DNA of 64,000 nt from Myxococcales bacterium. Its GTDB lineage: Bacteria; Myxococcota_A; UBA9160; UBA4427. Position 1 is the first letter of the stretch. Every line of letters starts with the position of its first letter. The notes below the pieces were generated by a model, which was not told the DNA's origin, searched no databases, and was given only the letters and a program-made list of their open reading frames with translations. The DNA is taken from positions 18,624 to 82,623 of the forward strand of contig JAAZXM010000009.1 in NCBI GenBank assembly GCA_014240165.1, written 5' to 3'. Positions 25,413 through 35,762 of this stretch are shown one piece after another. The translations under genes and the position numbers were made by a program.

Positions 25413-26648
25413 CTAGAGAATCGCTCCCGAGGCTTTGTGCGCGAGGATCTCGTCGTAATCGAGGCCGAGTTCAAGAAGAACCGCGTCCGTGTCCTGGCCG
25501 TGCTCGGGGGCTCGGGACAACTCGGCGGGTTCTTCGTTGAATTGGACGGGGTTGTTGACGAGTTGGCAATGGGTTCCGTTGGAGAGTTCCACTTCGGGGA
25601 GGTAGCCGTTGGCGAGGACCTGGGGGTCCTCGTAGAGCTCACCCGGGAATTGGATCGGCGCCCAGACCCCCTCGGTGGTGGCCAGGGCCGTCTGCCATTG
25701 GGCCAGGGTTCGGGTCTTGAAGATGGCATCGAGTTCGTCGACGCAGTCCGCCTTGTTCTCCGCCCGCAAGGCGCTGGTGGCAAAACGCGCATCCTCGATG
25801 AGATCGAGTCTCTCCAGGTGCTGGCACAGGTCGGGCCAATCCCGATCGGACTGCAACATGATCAGCATGATCCAGCGATCGTCGCCGGTTTGGTAGGCGT
25901 TCACGATGGGATTGGGGGTCATCTTCCGGTCGAGCTTGGGCATTCCTTTGTCGAGCCCGATGGCCTCCAAGGCCTTGGCCATGGTGACGTCGGCGGAGAT
26001 ATTCCACATGGCGGCTCCCAGGAGCGAGATGTCCACGACGCTGGGCTCGCCGGTGCGCTCGCGGCGGAAGAGGGCCGCCGAGATTCCTCCCGCCACCGTC
26101 ATGCCCCCGATGCTGTCGCCGAAGGCGGGCCGCTGCATGACGGGAGGGCCTTCGGTGCCGGCGCCGGTGAGCGCCATGGCGATGCCGCCCCGGGCCCAAT
26201 ACGAAGCGCCGTCGTAGCCGCCGCGCTGGGCATCCGGGCCCCGCACGCCTTGGCCCGTCCCCCGGGCGTAGATGATGTCGGGGTTCACCGCGCGAATGTG
26301 ATCGACATCGATCTTCAATTTCTGCCGGGCTTCGGGCAGGAAACTGGTCAGGAAGACGTCGCTGGTGGCGGCCAGCTTGTAGAGCAGATCCAGGCCACCG
26401 GGTTGCTTGATATCCAGGCCGACGCTGCGCTTGCCGCGATTGGGTTGCTCCCACATGAAGTTGAAGCCGCCCTTGGGCACCAGCCCGGACGTCACCAATC
26501 CGCGTTGGGGGTCGCCGCTCTCGGGATGCTCGATCTTGATGGTGTCCGCGCCCCAATCCGAGAGGATCGCCCCGGCGGAGGGAACGAACCACCACTGAGC
26601 GACTTCGAGAACGCGAATGCCTTCCAACGTACGGTTGATTTCGGACAT
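25413..26648 (-). CDS. Family III CoA-transferase (CaiB/BaiF)
   Basis: 411 aa. LEGIRVLEVAQWWFVPSAGAILSDWGADTIKIEHPESGDPQRG is typical of the family. Confidence 0.9.
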   Translation of the reverse strand: MSEINRTLEGIRVLEVAQWWFVPSAGAILSDWGADTIKIEHPESGDPQRGLVTSGLVPKGGFNFMWEQPNRGKRSVGLDIKQPGGLDLLYKLAATSDVFLTSFLPEARQKLKIDVDHIRAVNPDIIYARGTGQGVRGPDAQRGGYDGASYWARGGIAMALTGAGTEGPPVMQRPAFGDSIGGMTVAGGISAALFRRERTGEPSVVDISLLGAAMWNISADVTMAKALEAIGLDKGMPKLDRKMTPNPIVNAYQTGDDRWIMLIMLQSDRDWPDLCQHLERLDLIEDARFATSALRAENKADCVDELDAIFKTRTLAQWQTALATTEGVWAPIQFPGELYEDPQVLANGYLPEVELSNGTHCQLVNNPVQFNEEPAELSRAPEHGQDTDAVLLELGLDYDEILAHKASGAIL

Positions 26649-26740
26649 GGGCCCCCCTCCAAAGAATCTGACGAACCATCAGAAAAGCTAGCAGAGCGTT
26701 CTGCCGCCGTAGGGCCCCCAGGTTCGAGCCCCAGGGAGAA

Positions 26741-28108
26741 GTGGTAGGTTACCCGGTCGCTGGATCCACTGGGCCCAGCCGGGGACCGGGCGACGGGATG
26801 GGGATACGGATGATGAGCCGCAGACAACAGGATCGCCGGGCGCCGGTCGGAGCCCTCTATGCCTTCTCTGCCCTCTGGGCCGCTTTGTTGGCGCTTGGAG
26901 CGGCCAGCCCGGGTTGGGGCGAGGCGTTGACCGAAACGGGACCGGCTGGCCCCTGTCCGGAGGTGGAGGCGGCGCTTGCGCTGGAGGATCAGCCCCTGGC
27001 GGTTCGGGTCTGCCTTCTCGAGGAACGCGGGATCCGGGCCAACCTCGAGGGGCGTTTTTCAGAGGCCGAGGCCATTTGGGCAGAGCTTCGCCAAATCGCC
27101 CCCGCCGATGGCGCCGCCGGTTTGGGTGAGATCGATACGGTTTGGTGGCGCCTGATGCTCGATGAGGGCGCGACGGATAATGACACCACCTTGCTGAACG
27201 CCTGCGCCGAAGTCATCGCCCTCGCCGATGCCCGGCTGGCCCGGAACCCCGACGATGCCGACGCCCTGGCCCAGAAGGGGGCCGCTCTTTTCAACCGCGC
27301 TCGGCTCTACGGGATCCGCGGTCGCTATTTGAAGGCGGGGGGCGATGGCGAAAAGGGGCGGAAACTCCTGGAGCGATCCCTCGAACTTGATCCTGAGCGC
27401 ATGGACAGTCGCTACGCCCTGGGCCTCTACACCTACTACACCTATATCGCCCCCAAAGTGGTGCAATGGATGAGCTGGCTCTGGTTCGTTCCCGAGGGCG
27501 ATCGCGCCGGTGGTTTGCGCAATTTGGAGATCGTGCGGGACAGCGGAAGCCTTCACGCCACCGGGGCCGCTTTCATTCTGATGAACGTTCACACCTACCA
27601 CGCGCCCATGGATCTGCCCGCTGCACTCGCCACGGGGCGTGAACTTCACGCGCGCTATCCGGGCAATGCACTCTTTCATTCGGAACTGGTGGAGGTGCTT
27701 CTCAAGCTGGGCCTCTACGAAGAAGCCGTGCTCACGGCTCAGCAATTGGAGGAGAGCCAGCCCCAGGAGCTCGAGGCCCAGGTACGCCCGCAGCTCGCTC
27801 GCATCCTGCGGGCCCAGGCAGTTCTTCTCTCGGGTCGGCCCCAGGAGGCATGGGGGATTCTCGAACCCATGGACGCGAGCACGACCCCGTTGCCCATCTG
27901 GGGGGGAGCCTGGCTTCACCTGGTGCGCGGCCAGGTCCACGACGCCCAGGGTCGGCGGGAGGCTGCTGTGGCGGAGTACGAGCAAGTACTGGCCCTGAAG
28001 GGCGCCCGCTACAACCCCCGGGCCGGGATGATCGCCAAGGCCGCCCTGACGGAACCCTTTGCGCCCGAGCACTACCAGGAACTTCCCATGGTGGGGGCCG
28101 GGTCCTGA
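26741..28108 (+). CDS. Secreted TPR-like helical repeat protein
   Basis: Likely start at ATG 26798/26810 (MSRRQQDRRAPVGALYAFSALWAALLALGAA is signal-like). Alpha-helical repeat composition. No specific family recognised. Confidence 0.45.
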   Translation: MVGYPVAGSTGPSRGPGDGMGIRMMSRRQQDRRAPVGALYAFSALWAALLALGAASPGWGEALTETGPAGPCPEVEAALALEDQPLAVRVCLLEERGIRANLEGRFSEAEAIWAELRQIAPADGAAGLGEIDTVWWRLMLDEGATDNDTTLLNACAEVIALADARLARNPDDADALAQKGAALFNRARLYGIRGRYLKAGGDGEKGRKLLERSLELDPERMDSRYALGLYTYYTYIAPKVVQWMSWLWFVPEGDRAGGLRNLEIVRDSGSLHATGAAFILMNVHTYHAPMDLPAALATGRELHARYPGNALFHSELVEVLLKLGLYEEAVLTAQQLEESQPQELEAQVRPQLARILRAQAVLLSGRPQEAWGILEPMDASTTPLPIWGGAWLHLVRGQVHDAQGRREAAVAEYEQVLALKGARYNPRAGMIAKAALTEPFAPEHYQELPMVGAGS

Positions 28109-28289
28109 TTTCCGGCTCGAGCCCGGGTTATTGGCCTTTCAGCAGCTCGGCTTGCTCGGCGACGGGGCCGGGACTATGGTGCGCGCCGAGGAAGAGCGCC
28201 GGGCCGGGGCTCACTTGGGGGAAACCCCTTTAGTTCCAGGCCATTGCACCGCCGAGAGCCCGATTGGGCGGGCACCGAAGGGGTCGTAG

Positions 28290-29021
28290 GTGACCAAACT
28301 CAACGAAGCCATGGAGCGGTCTCTCGAGGATCGGGACGTGGACGCCCTGCGCGCCGAGTTCGAGTCGGGGGGCCGGCTTCTGGTGATCGAGGATTTCCTG
28401 CCGACGGATCTCCGCGATGCGGCCCTTGCCGATCTCGGGCGTCTCCGCGCCCAGGTACATCGCAACTACGTGCCGCGTCAGAAGAAGGGCGGATCGGTGA
28501 GCCGGCATGCCATCGACCGGGGCGGCGAGATGATCGGGGCCCTCTACCGGTGCCCTGCGCTGCGAGAATTTCTTGAAGAGGTGAGTGGCGCTCGATTGCT
28601 CGACTGCCCGCCCGAAGACCCCCATACCTACGCGCTCTATCTCTATACCGAGCCCGGCGACCATATCGGCTGGCACTACGACACCTCCTTCTACCGCGGT
28701 CGCCGCTTTACCTTGCTGCTCGGCCTGGTTGAAAATGAGAGCTGTCGCTTCGAGTGTGAAATCAACCGCCGGGATGAAGCCCGGCCCACAGAGTCGAGAG
28801 ACTACGTGATGAAGCCGGGAACCCTGGCCTTCTTCGACGGCGACGGGCTCTGGCACCGGGTGACGAAGATGGCCGAAGGCGATGGAGAGAGAGTAGTGAT
28901 CACGATGGAATTCGTGACCGATAACTCCATGCACCCGTGGCGGCGGCTGATCTCGAACGTCAAGGACGCCTTCGCTTATTTCGGCGTTCGCGAGGTTTTC
29001 GGGCGCAGGGCGGGCGCATAG
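28290..29021 (+). CDS. 2OG-Fe(II) oxygenase superfamily protein
   Basis: 243 aa. HxD (GWHYD) and a distal His (LWHRV) within jelly-roll-like strands. GTG start. Confidence 0.55.
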   Translation: MTKLNEAMERSLEDRDVDALRAEFESGGRLLVIEDFLPTDLRDAALADLGRLRAQVHRNYVPRQKKGGSVSRHAIDRGGEMIGALYRCPALREFLEEVSGARLLDCPPEDPHTYALYLYTEPGDHIGWHYDTSFYRGRRFTLLLGLVENESCRFECEINRRDEARPTESRDYVMKPGTLAFFDGDGLWHRVTKMAEGDGERVVITMEFVTDNSMHPWRRLISNVKDAFAYFGVREVFGRRAGA

Positions 29022-29042
29022 GTCTGCCCGGTCGGGGCTGGC

Positions 29043-30290
29043 TCAGTCCGGCAGATGGGCGCGTGGGCCGAGTTCGCTCAGGGTTTGCTGCCGGACATCC
29101 TCCATCAGGCGGGGGAAATCGGCCGGAGTGATGGTGGGCCCCACTTCGTCAAAGATCGGTTGTTGGGCAGGGAACCCATGAGGCGTGATCTCCAGGGTTG
29201 CGAGATCGCTGAACGCGTAGCCTCCCATGGCCTCGGGAATGCGAAAAAGAGCGGGTTGCGGGTTCTTGCCGCATTCCTTTTCGAGATCGGCCCGCAGCTC
29301 CGTCGAAGCCAGGCGTTCGGGCAATAGCCACGCTTCCAGGGTTGTGTCCGTGTCGAGGTAGCGGCGCCGCACCAGGGCATTATCGGGCAGACGGGCTTCG
29401 GAATCCCACCAGACCTGGTCAACAGCGCGAACCGCGCGCTCGCCTACGGCGCTGGGCACGGGGCCGAGCTCTTCCAGGGCGATCTGGATCAATTGGTCGA
29501 CGTGATCGTTATAGGTCTTCTCGCTGGAAAGGATTTCTTCCACGTTCGCCCCCGAGAGCAGGTCGATCCCGATTGCGTTGGAAACCGGATCTTCGGGAGA
29601 GAAGCCCGAGAGGAGTTCGGGATAGAGATTCACCAACGACCAGCCATACCATTGGGCGATTTCGTGCCAGACCGATCCCTGGTAGGCGAGCCATTGGGCG
29701 ATGCTGACAATCACCTGGTCTCGGCCATAGGCTTCGATGAGTTCCGGAGGGATGGGCTGGAGAATCAGGCGCCGTTCGGCGCCTTCGGGTGTCAGGTCAA
29801 CTTCGGTTCCTGTTGTGAGATTCCGGTCGAGTTGAGAGATGAAAAACGCGACCCAGTCCACCTGTTCACGGATATGGGCGGTGTCGAGAAAACCGGCGTG
29901 ACAGGTGTAGACCAGGCCGTTGGCCTCGCCCCATGGAAAGGCGTTCTCTCTCTCGTCGTCAATCGCGGCGGTGGCCCCGTCGTAGCGATGCGGGCCGAGG
30001 TCCTTGGGATCCAGCACCCGGCCCACCTTGAGCCAGGGGATGGGCATCTGTCCGAGGCGCACACGAAGATCGGTCCCGAAGGCACAGCAGAAGCGAAATT
30101 TCTTGCGACCGGGCAGTTCCGGAGTGCGCGCTTGGGACGCGGCGGACACCTGGGGCGGCCCGGTCATCCGGGTCTGGAGCCATTCGCCCGGGGGCGGAAC
30201 GGTTTCCCCCTGATGCCATTTGCCGGGCCCCATACAGCCCGTGAAAGCGAGCAGCAGGCACACGAGGGCTATGGAGGGGACGAGGTTCAC
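29043..30290 (-). CDS. Lipoprotein, DUF4056-like
   Basis: Lipobox LLLAFTGC. The TCHAGFLDTAHIREQVDW segment resembles my recollection of DUF4056. 415 aa. Confidence 0.5.
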   Translation of the reverse strand: MNLVPSIALVCLLLAFTGCMGPGKWHQGETVPPPGEWLQTRMTGPPQVSAASQARTPELPGRKKFRFCCAFGTDLRVRLGQMPIPWLKVGRVLDPKDLGPHRYDGATAAIDDERENAFPWGEANGLVYTCHAGFLDTAHIREQVDWVAFFISQLDRNLTTGTEVDLTPEGAERRLILQPIPPELIEAYGRDQVIVSIAQWLAYQGSVWHEIAQWYGWSLVNLYPELLSGFSPEDPVSNAIGIDLLSGANVEEILSSEKTYNDHVDQLIQIALEELGPVPSAVGERAVRAVDQVWWDSEARLPDNALVRRRYLDTDTTLEAWLLPERLASTELRADLEKECGKNPQPALFRIPEAMGGYAFSDLATLEITPHGFPAQQPIFDEVGPTITPADFPRLMEDVRQQTLSELGPRAHLPD

Positions 30291-30418
30291 GGGCCGCAGG
30301 GTAGCCCCTTCAGGCCGTCCCGGGAGTCATACCAGGCGGCATTCCCCCATGGGGTATGCATGCCCGGGAGATGCCGACTTCTTGCATGGGAGGGCCCAAT
30401 GAGGCGGCCCAGAACGCC

Positions 30419-30868
30419 TCAACGCACAGTGATGGTGATGATTTCCGAGACCACCGGAGGATCGTGGGGAACATGGCGATCATCTCCGAGAATCAGCTGG
30501 AGAGTGTGCTCGCCCGGCGGCAATTCGACTTGGGTCTCGGTCTGGCCGCCACCGAAATGGCGGTGCTGGTCGTCGTTGGGAATCGGTAGCCCGAGAGGCG
30601 GAAGTTCGGTGTCGATCAGCAGGTGGTGGTGCCCGGTTCCTGCTTTGTCGATCCCCGCTGGTGCCACCCCCATGCCCCGAAGGCCAAAACGTACGGTCAC
30701 GGGGCCTGTCAAGGTGGCTCCATCGGCGGGTGAGATCATGTAAACCGCACTGCCTGGAGACGAAGCCTTTCTTTCAAGGCCGCTGTCCGCGGCAACCGCC
30801 AAGCCGATGAAGAGCCCCGCCAGCAGCGTGAGCGCAGCGGTTATAGAGTTGTGCAGGAGTCGCGTCAT
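30419..30868 (-). CDS. DUF4399 domain periplasmic protein
   Basis: Signal peptide, then ISPADGATL.GPVTVRFGL.GMGVAPAG...GHHHLLID...HFGGGQTE, which is characteristic of DUF4399. Confidence 0.7.
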   Translation of the reverse strand: MTRLLHNSITAALTLLAGLFIGLAVAADSGLERKASSPGSAVYMISPADGATLTGPVTVRFGLRGMGVAPAGIDKAGTGHHHLLIDTELPPLGLPIPNDDQHRHFGGGQTETQVELPPGEHTLQLILGDDRHVPHDPPVVSEIITITVR

Positions 30869-30919
30869 TGTTGTTCCTTCTTATCGGCCGAGCTCGTGTC
30901 CCGGCCGTTGGGGCCACGC

Positions 30920-31402
30920 TCAGGCGTAGACGGCTCGGGTCAGCCAGTCGGCCACCAGGGCGGGCTTGTCCTGGCCATCGATCTCGATCGTCATGGTTCG
31001 GGTCTGCTGGATGGCATTGCCCTTGAGTTCAACCTTCGAAAGCAGGCTATGGGCTCGAATGCGGCTACCGACTTTGACCGGGCTCACGAAGCGGACCTTT
31101 TCGAAGCCGTAGTTGACTCCCATCACGATACCCTCGAAACGCTTGGGGTCGGGGTTCTCTGGGTTGGCGGAGGCTCCAAGGTGCGTGAGTAGTGAAAGGG
31201 TCAAGAAGCCGTGGGCGATGGTGGTTCCGAAGGGCGTCGCCTTGGCTTTTTCGGGATCGACGTGAATGAATTGGTGGTCCAGGGTCACATCTGCGAATTG
31301 GTCGATGATGTCCTGATTGATCTCCATCCATTCGCCTGTGGCGGTTTCCTTGCCCTCGACTTCCCTGAAGAGAGCAAATGCTTTTTCTGCGTTTTCTGAC
31401 AT
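30920..31402 (-). CDS. MaoC-like (R)-specific enoyl-CoA hydratase / hot-dog dehydratase
   Basis: 160 aa. FADVTLDHQFIHVDPEKA...TIAHGFLTLSL motif. Confidence 0.85.
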   Translation of the reverse strand: MSENAEKAFALFREVEGKETATGEWMEINQDIIDQFADVTLDHQFIHVDPEKAKATPFGTTIAHGFLTLSLLTHLGASANPENPDPKRFEGIVMGVNYGFEKVRFVSPVKVGSRIRAHSLLSKVELKGNAIQQTRTMTIEIDGQDKPALVADWLTRAVYA

Positions 31403-31477
31403 GAGGGTGTTCCTTCTTTCGTTCGTTCACTGCCCGTAGTCGGGCGCTGGGGAGTGGGGCTCGCTTGTCGGCGAGTT

Positions 31478-31759
31478 CTAGAGTTCCTCGACGTAGATGA
31501 TCTCTGGGCGCCCGGCCAGCAAGTCGCCAAACTCGGCGTTCTTGGATGCCAGGTTCTTCCCATGGATCGCAAACGCTTCGTCGCTCTCGTATTTCTCGTA
31601 AAAGGTAAAGGTGGTCGGATCCTCTTTGTGTTGATGCGGGATATAGGCGAGGGTGCCCGACTCGTTGGCGAGAGTTTCGGCGGAAAGTTTTTTCAGAAAG
31701 CTCTTTGCTTCTTCGATTTTCTCTTCCTTGACTCGAATTGTTGCAATCACGCTCGGCAT
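31478..31759 (-). CDS. ABM-domain (antibiotic biosynthesis monooxygenase-like) protein
   Basis: 93 aa. Ferredoxin-like ABM pattern (IATIRVKEE...F..YE.Y.SDEAF..H). Confidence 0.7.
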   Translation of the reverse strand: MPSVIATIRVKEEKIEEAKSFLKKLSAETLANESGTLAYIPHQHKEDPTTFTFYEKYESDEAFAIHGKNLASKNAEFGDLLAGRPEIIYVEEL

Positions 31760-31786
31760 CGACTTCTCCTTCTGTGGTCGAAGTGT

Positions 31787-33550
31787 CTACTCACTGACTA
31801 GTTGTTCCCTGACGAAGTCCCGATAGTAGTCGGAGTGGCTCATCAGGTCTTCGTGTCTGCCCTCGGCAATGACTTCACCTTCCTGGATCGCGATGACGCG
31901 GTCGGTATCGACAATCGTAGACAGGCGATGTGAGACGATGATGATAGTGGGTTTTGAAGGTAGTTGGCGCAAGGATTCCTTGACCAAAGCTTCGCCCTTG
32001 GAGTCGAGAGCGGCAGTGGCTTCGTCGAGAATCAATACGGCCGGATTTCGCAGGACTGCCCGCGCGATGGCGATGCGTTGGCGCTGCCCGCTGGAGAAGA
32101 GTCTTCCGCTATCTCCCACGTTCGTATCGAAACCCTCGGAGAGTTCCCCGATGAATCCATCGGCGTGCGCGACTTTGGCGGCGGCAGCGACTTCGAGATC
32201 AGAGGCTTCGGGCTTGCCGTAGCGGATATTGTCGGCCACGCTGCATGAGAAGAGGGTGGCTTCCGGGGGGACAAGTGTGATGTGCTCTCGCAGCCACTCG
32301 GTGTCGAGGGTGCCGAGGTCCCTCCCGTCCAGAAGCACTCTTCCGCTATCGGGTTCGTAGAGTCGCGCGATCAATTTGGCCACGGTGGATTTTCCGCAAC
32401 CCGAGCTACCCACCAGGGAGACCACCTCGCCGGGAGCGATTTTCAGCTTGATTCCTTGGAGAGCGGCTGCGTCACGGCGCGTAGGATAAGCGAAGGAAAC
32501 CGCGTCCAACTCCACCGCGCCCTCGACTGCGTCGGGCTTGATGCCGCCGATATAGGGCATTCGGCTCTGGCGCTCGCCGAGCTCGAAGATGCGTTGAGTG
32601 GCGCCCTGGGCTCGCAAAACCTCGGCCCCGGCATTCGCCACATTCCTCGAGGATCGCATGACCAGCGTCGCGTAGAGGATGAAAGTGACCAGCGCACCCG
32701 CCGTGAGGTTCTGACTCGAGATCAAGACAGCGCCAACGAATATGGCCAGAACCACGGCCCCCTCACTCAGGAGCTCGGTGAAGGAGCGGAGCAGGGAATG
32801 GCCGTGTACCTGCTGTTTGGCGGCATCGATCAATTTGTCCGCCGAAAGGTCGTAGCTTTCCGAGGCCTTGGCTTCCTGGTGGTAGACCCGAACAGTGAGG
32901 ATGCCGTTGAGCACTTCGATGACCGAACTCATGAGCGTGGAGGTTCGCGACTGAACCTCTGTTGCCTGGGCCCGAAGGAGACTGCCCAGCCGCGACGAGC
33001 CAAACCAGATAATGGGACCGATCACGATCACCACCGCGGCCAGGGGAGGCGAGGTATAGATCATCAAGCCGGCGGCGCAGACACCCATCAGGCCGAAGTG
33101 AATCAGTTGCGGCGCCAGGAGTTGCAGGGTGTGGCCCAATTGGCTGACGTCACCGACCAGCCTCGCCGTGAGGTCGCCCGTATTCTGCTCGTCGAAGAAG
33201 CCGAGTTCGTGGTTGATCACGCGACCGAAGACCCAGCCTCGAATCGCGGCGGAAACCTGTTGTGCGCCGATCTCCAGCAGGTAGTTGCGGTAGTAGGTAG
33301 AAATGGACTGGACCACCAATAGCCCAGCCATGATCGTGACCCAGTAGTTGACCTCTCCCATATCGCCTTGTTGGATGCCCCGGTCTACGACGATGCGAAT
33401 CATCTGGGGATAGGCGAGGGTAGTACTCAGGGTGAGCAGGTCGAAGAAGATGCCGCCCAAATAGGTGCCCCGGCGCTGGGCGAGGAACGGCTTGAGGCGT
33501 AGCCAAAAGGCGCGAAGGCTCCTTGCGTCAGGCAATCCTTCTTCTGCCAT
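31787..33550 (-). CDS. ABC exporter, fused permease/ATPase (MsbA-like)
   Basis: 587 aa. Six-TM domain, Walker A GSSGCGKST, signature FSSGQRQR and Walker B ILILDEAT. Confidence 0.9.
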   Translation of the reverse strand: MAEEGLPDARSLRAFWLRLKPFLAQRRGTYLGGIFFDLLTLSTTLAYPQMIRIVVDRGIQQGDMGEVNYWVTIMAGLLVVQSISTYYRNYLLEIGAQQVSAAIRGWVFGRVINHELGFFDEQNTGDLTARLVGDVSQLGHTLQLLAPQLIHFGLMGVCAAGLMIYTSPPLAAVVIVIGPIIWFGSSRLGSLLRAQATEVQSRTSTLMSSVIEVLNGILTVRVYHQEAKASESYDLSADKLIDAAKQQVHGHSLLRSFTELLSEGAVVLAIFVGAVLISSQNLTAGALVTFILYATLVMRSSRNVANAGAEVLRAQGATQRIFELGERQSRMPYIGGIKPDAVEGAVELDAVSFAYPTRRDAAALQGIKLKIAPGEVVSLVGSSGCGKSTVAKLIARLYEPDSGRVLLDGRDLGTLDTEWLREHITLVPPEATLFSCSVADNIRYGKPEASDLEVAAAAKVAHADGFIGELSEGFDTNVGDSGRLFSSGQRQRIAIARAVLRNPAVLILDEATAALDSKGEALVKESLRQLPSKPTIIIVSHRLSTIVDTDRVIAIQEGEVIAEGRHEDLMSHSDYYRDFVREQLVSE

Positions 33551-33727
33551 ATCGGTTCTCCGAGGTTCCGCAATCGCATGCGCAGCGGCTCAGCCCGAAG
33601 TCTAACGCCATCGAAGCCGTTGGCCTCTTGACGAGTGGGGCTCAAGTTGAGGCCCGCTCGGGAAGGGCGACGTGTGGAAGAGGGATCAGGGGGGCGTTGC
33701 TGCGGCGCCTTCAGTTTGGCGAGTGTG

Positions 33728-33803
33728 TGGCTCCCCGGGTAGGACTTGAACCTACGACAAGGCGGTTAACAGCCGCCTGCTCTACCAGCTGAGCTACCGG
33801 GGA
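33728..33803 (-). tRNA. tRNA-Asn (GTT)
   Basis: Manual cloverleaf: TCCCCGG-TA-GCTC..GAGC-A-GGCGG-CTGTTAA-CCGCC-TTGTC-GTAGG-TTCAAGT-CCTAC-CCGGGGA-G-CCA. CCA is encoded. Confidence 0.9.
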
Positions 33804-33914
33804 ATGCACATCGAATCGGCGCCGAGTGTAGAGATTGGCCCTGGAAGCGCAAGATAAAACGGCTGCGCTGATATCTGAGACCGGGGCTCCGTCTCCTTGA
33901 TCGGCGATCGAATT

Positions 33915-34391
33915 TCAATCGAAACGAATCTCCAAAATTTCGAATTCGCGAACACCCTTGGGCGCCTTGACGGTGGCTTCGTCGCCCACCTTCTTGCTCA
34001 TCAACGCCTGGGCAACTGGGGCCGTAACCGAGATCATGCCCTTCTTTGGATTCGCTTCGTCCTCGCCCACGATTCGATAGGTCACAACCTCTTCGCTCTC
34101 GGCATCCGCCAGCACGACGGTTGCCCCGAATTGGACTTTTCCGGGCGAGTCGTGCGGGGGATCGATGATCTGCGCCCGTGCCAGCTTGTCCTCAGTCGCT
34201 GCAATTCGCCCAGCGATGAGGCTCTGGCGTTCCTTGGCGGCATGATATTCGGCGTTCTCGGACAGGTCGCCGTGGGCGAGGGCCTCCTCGATATCTCTGA
34301 CGTTTTCCGGGCGTTCCTCGGTCTTGAGTCGGCTGAGTTCCAGCTTCAACGACTCGTAGCCCGCACGTGTCATCGGTACCCGATCTGCCAT
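33915..34391 (-). CDS. greA: Transcription elongation factor GreA
   Basis: MADRVPMTRAGYESLKLELSRLK...EALAHGDLSENAEYHAAKE...VTAPVAQALMSKKVGD. ATG 34391. The 230-aa extension is rejected. Confidence 0.9.
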   Translation of the reverse strand: MADRVPMTRAGYESLKLELSRLKTEERPENVRDIEEALAHGDLSENAEYHAAKERQSLIAGRIAATEDKLARAQIIDPPHDSPGKVQFGATVVLADAESEEVVTYRIVGEDEANPKKGMISVTAPVAQALMSKKVGDEATVKAPKGVREFEILEIRFD

Positions 34392-34726
34392 GGTCTCCTG
34401 CCCCCCAATTCGGGACTTGTTTTCGCTTCGAACGTCGAACACTGAATGCACAAGGAGATTATCGGCGGATATCTCCTCAACGTGAATCCCTTGAGCGTAC
34501 GGCCTTAATCCTGTGGGGATATGGCAACACAAATGAATCAATCGGATCGGGAGGATCGTTCTCTGCCCCAGGGCGGCAAATTCATTGCAACGCGTGCAGG
34601 CACTCACTCCCGTGATTTCAAGCTGCCTTCAAGCCAGGCCGCTTTCGGAGGGCCGAACCCGGGCCGAAAAGGCTATCCCCCTGAAAGGGTCGGGTCAATC
34701 CCTGAGCCTCAGGAGGATGGGCGAAG

Positions 34727-35341
34727 GTGGAATGGGGCAAGCAGGAAGGCGCGATATCGGCAGATGACCGGTCTGCATCTGCGCGGCTTGTCTTCGGCCT
34801 GTGCTTCTACGGACTGGTGGTTGTCGTCGCCTTGTTGTGGCGCACGGGTGTCTACGGCGAAGCGATCGTCTTTGCGTCCGCTGCAGATGCCGCGGGGACA
34901 CAGAATTTCCTCGCAGATTTCGCGGTGGGGGTGGGGGTCGGTCTCACCTTGGCGGGCACTTCCTTCCTGGCCACTACGCGGTCGACTTGGGGAAAGCGAC
35001 TCTCGACAGAATTGGCCACGGCTCTGGGGCCGCTGGGCTTGAAGCGCGCTCTTGTTCTGGCCGTCGCCAGCGGGATCGCCGAGGAGATGTTCTTCCGCGG
35101 TGCGTTACAGCCCAGGGTCGGCCTGGGGGTCGCAAGCGTGCTCTTTGCGGCTGCGCATTTCCTTCCCCGCCGAGTTCTTCTCCCATGGACCGCATTCGCC
35201 CTGGTTGCTGGCTTTATGCTGGGAGGGCTTTTCGAGTGGACGGGGAATCTTGTCGCACCGGTCACGGCGCATATCGTCGTCAACGCCATCAATCTTCCCT
35301 TGCTCGAGTATTATTTCGGCAAGGCTTCGAGAGGCTCTTGA
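34727..35341 (+). CDS. CPBP-family intramembrane glutamic endopeptidase (CAAX protease-like)
   Basis: Motifs IAEEMFFRGALQ, FAAAHF and HIVVNAINL in a multi-TM protein. GTG start. Confidence 0.8.
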   Translation: MEWGKQEGAISADDRSASARLVFGLCFYGLVVVVALLWRTGVYGEAIVFASAADAAGTQNFLADFAVGVGVGLTLAGTSFLATTRSTWGKRLSTELATALGPLGLKRALVLAVASGIAEEMFFRGALQPRVGLGVASVLFAAAHFLPRRVLLPWTAFALVAGFMLGGLFEWTGNLVAPVTAHIVVNAINLPLLEYYFGKASRGS

Positions 35342-35342
35342 C

Positions 35343-35762
35343 TCAGTTCTCAGCGATCGCGATCGCGTCGATTTCGACTTGAGCGCCCAGTGGAAGGGCG
35401 GCTACGCCAACCGTGGCGCGTGCGGGTGCCGGGTCGCCACGAAAGTATCGTGCGTAGACTTCATTGACTCTTGGAAAGAGGGACAGGTCGGTGAGATAGA
35501 CCGTTGACCGGACGACACGGTCCAGCGAACTTCCCCCTTCCTTCAGGACAGCCGCCAGGTTCTCGATCACCCTTTCGGTCTGCGCTTCCACGGGTCCTTC
35601 CACGAGCTTACCGGTGGCCGGGTCGAGAGGAATCTGCCCAGAGGCGAAGAGCCAAGGGCCGCAGACTACGGCTTGGGAATAAGGCCCGACGGGTTCCGGG
35701 GCCAGTTTACTCCGGATGGCGCTGATCTCGCTGGAAGAAGAGTCAGCTCGGGCTGACGTCAA
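35343..35762 (-). CDS. ridA: RidA-family reactive enamine/imine deaminase
   Basis: APEPVGPYSQAVV..LFASGQIPLDP...RATVGVAALPLGAQVEIDAIA. Confidence 0.9.
   Translation of the reverse strand: MTSARADSSSSEISAIRSKLAPEPVGPYSQAVVCGPWLFASGQIPLDPATGKLVEGPVEAQTERVIENLAAVLKEGGSSLDRVVRSTVYLTDLSLFPRVNEVYARYFRGDPAPARATVGVAALPLGAQVEIDAIAIAEN

Noticed and set aside
24693-26747. 684-aa plus-strand ORF
   Set aside because: It is antisense to the BVMO and CoA-transferase genes, both of which have unambiguous motifs. The composition is low-complexity G/R/A/P.
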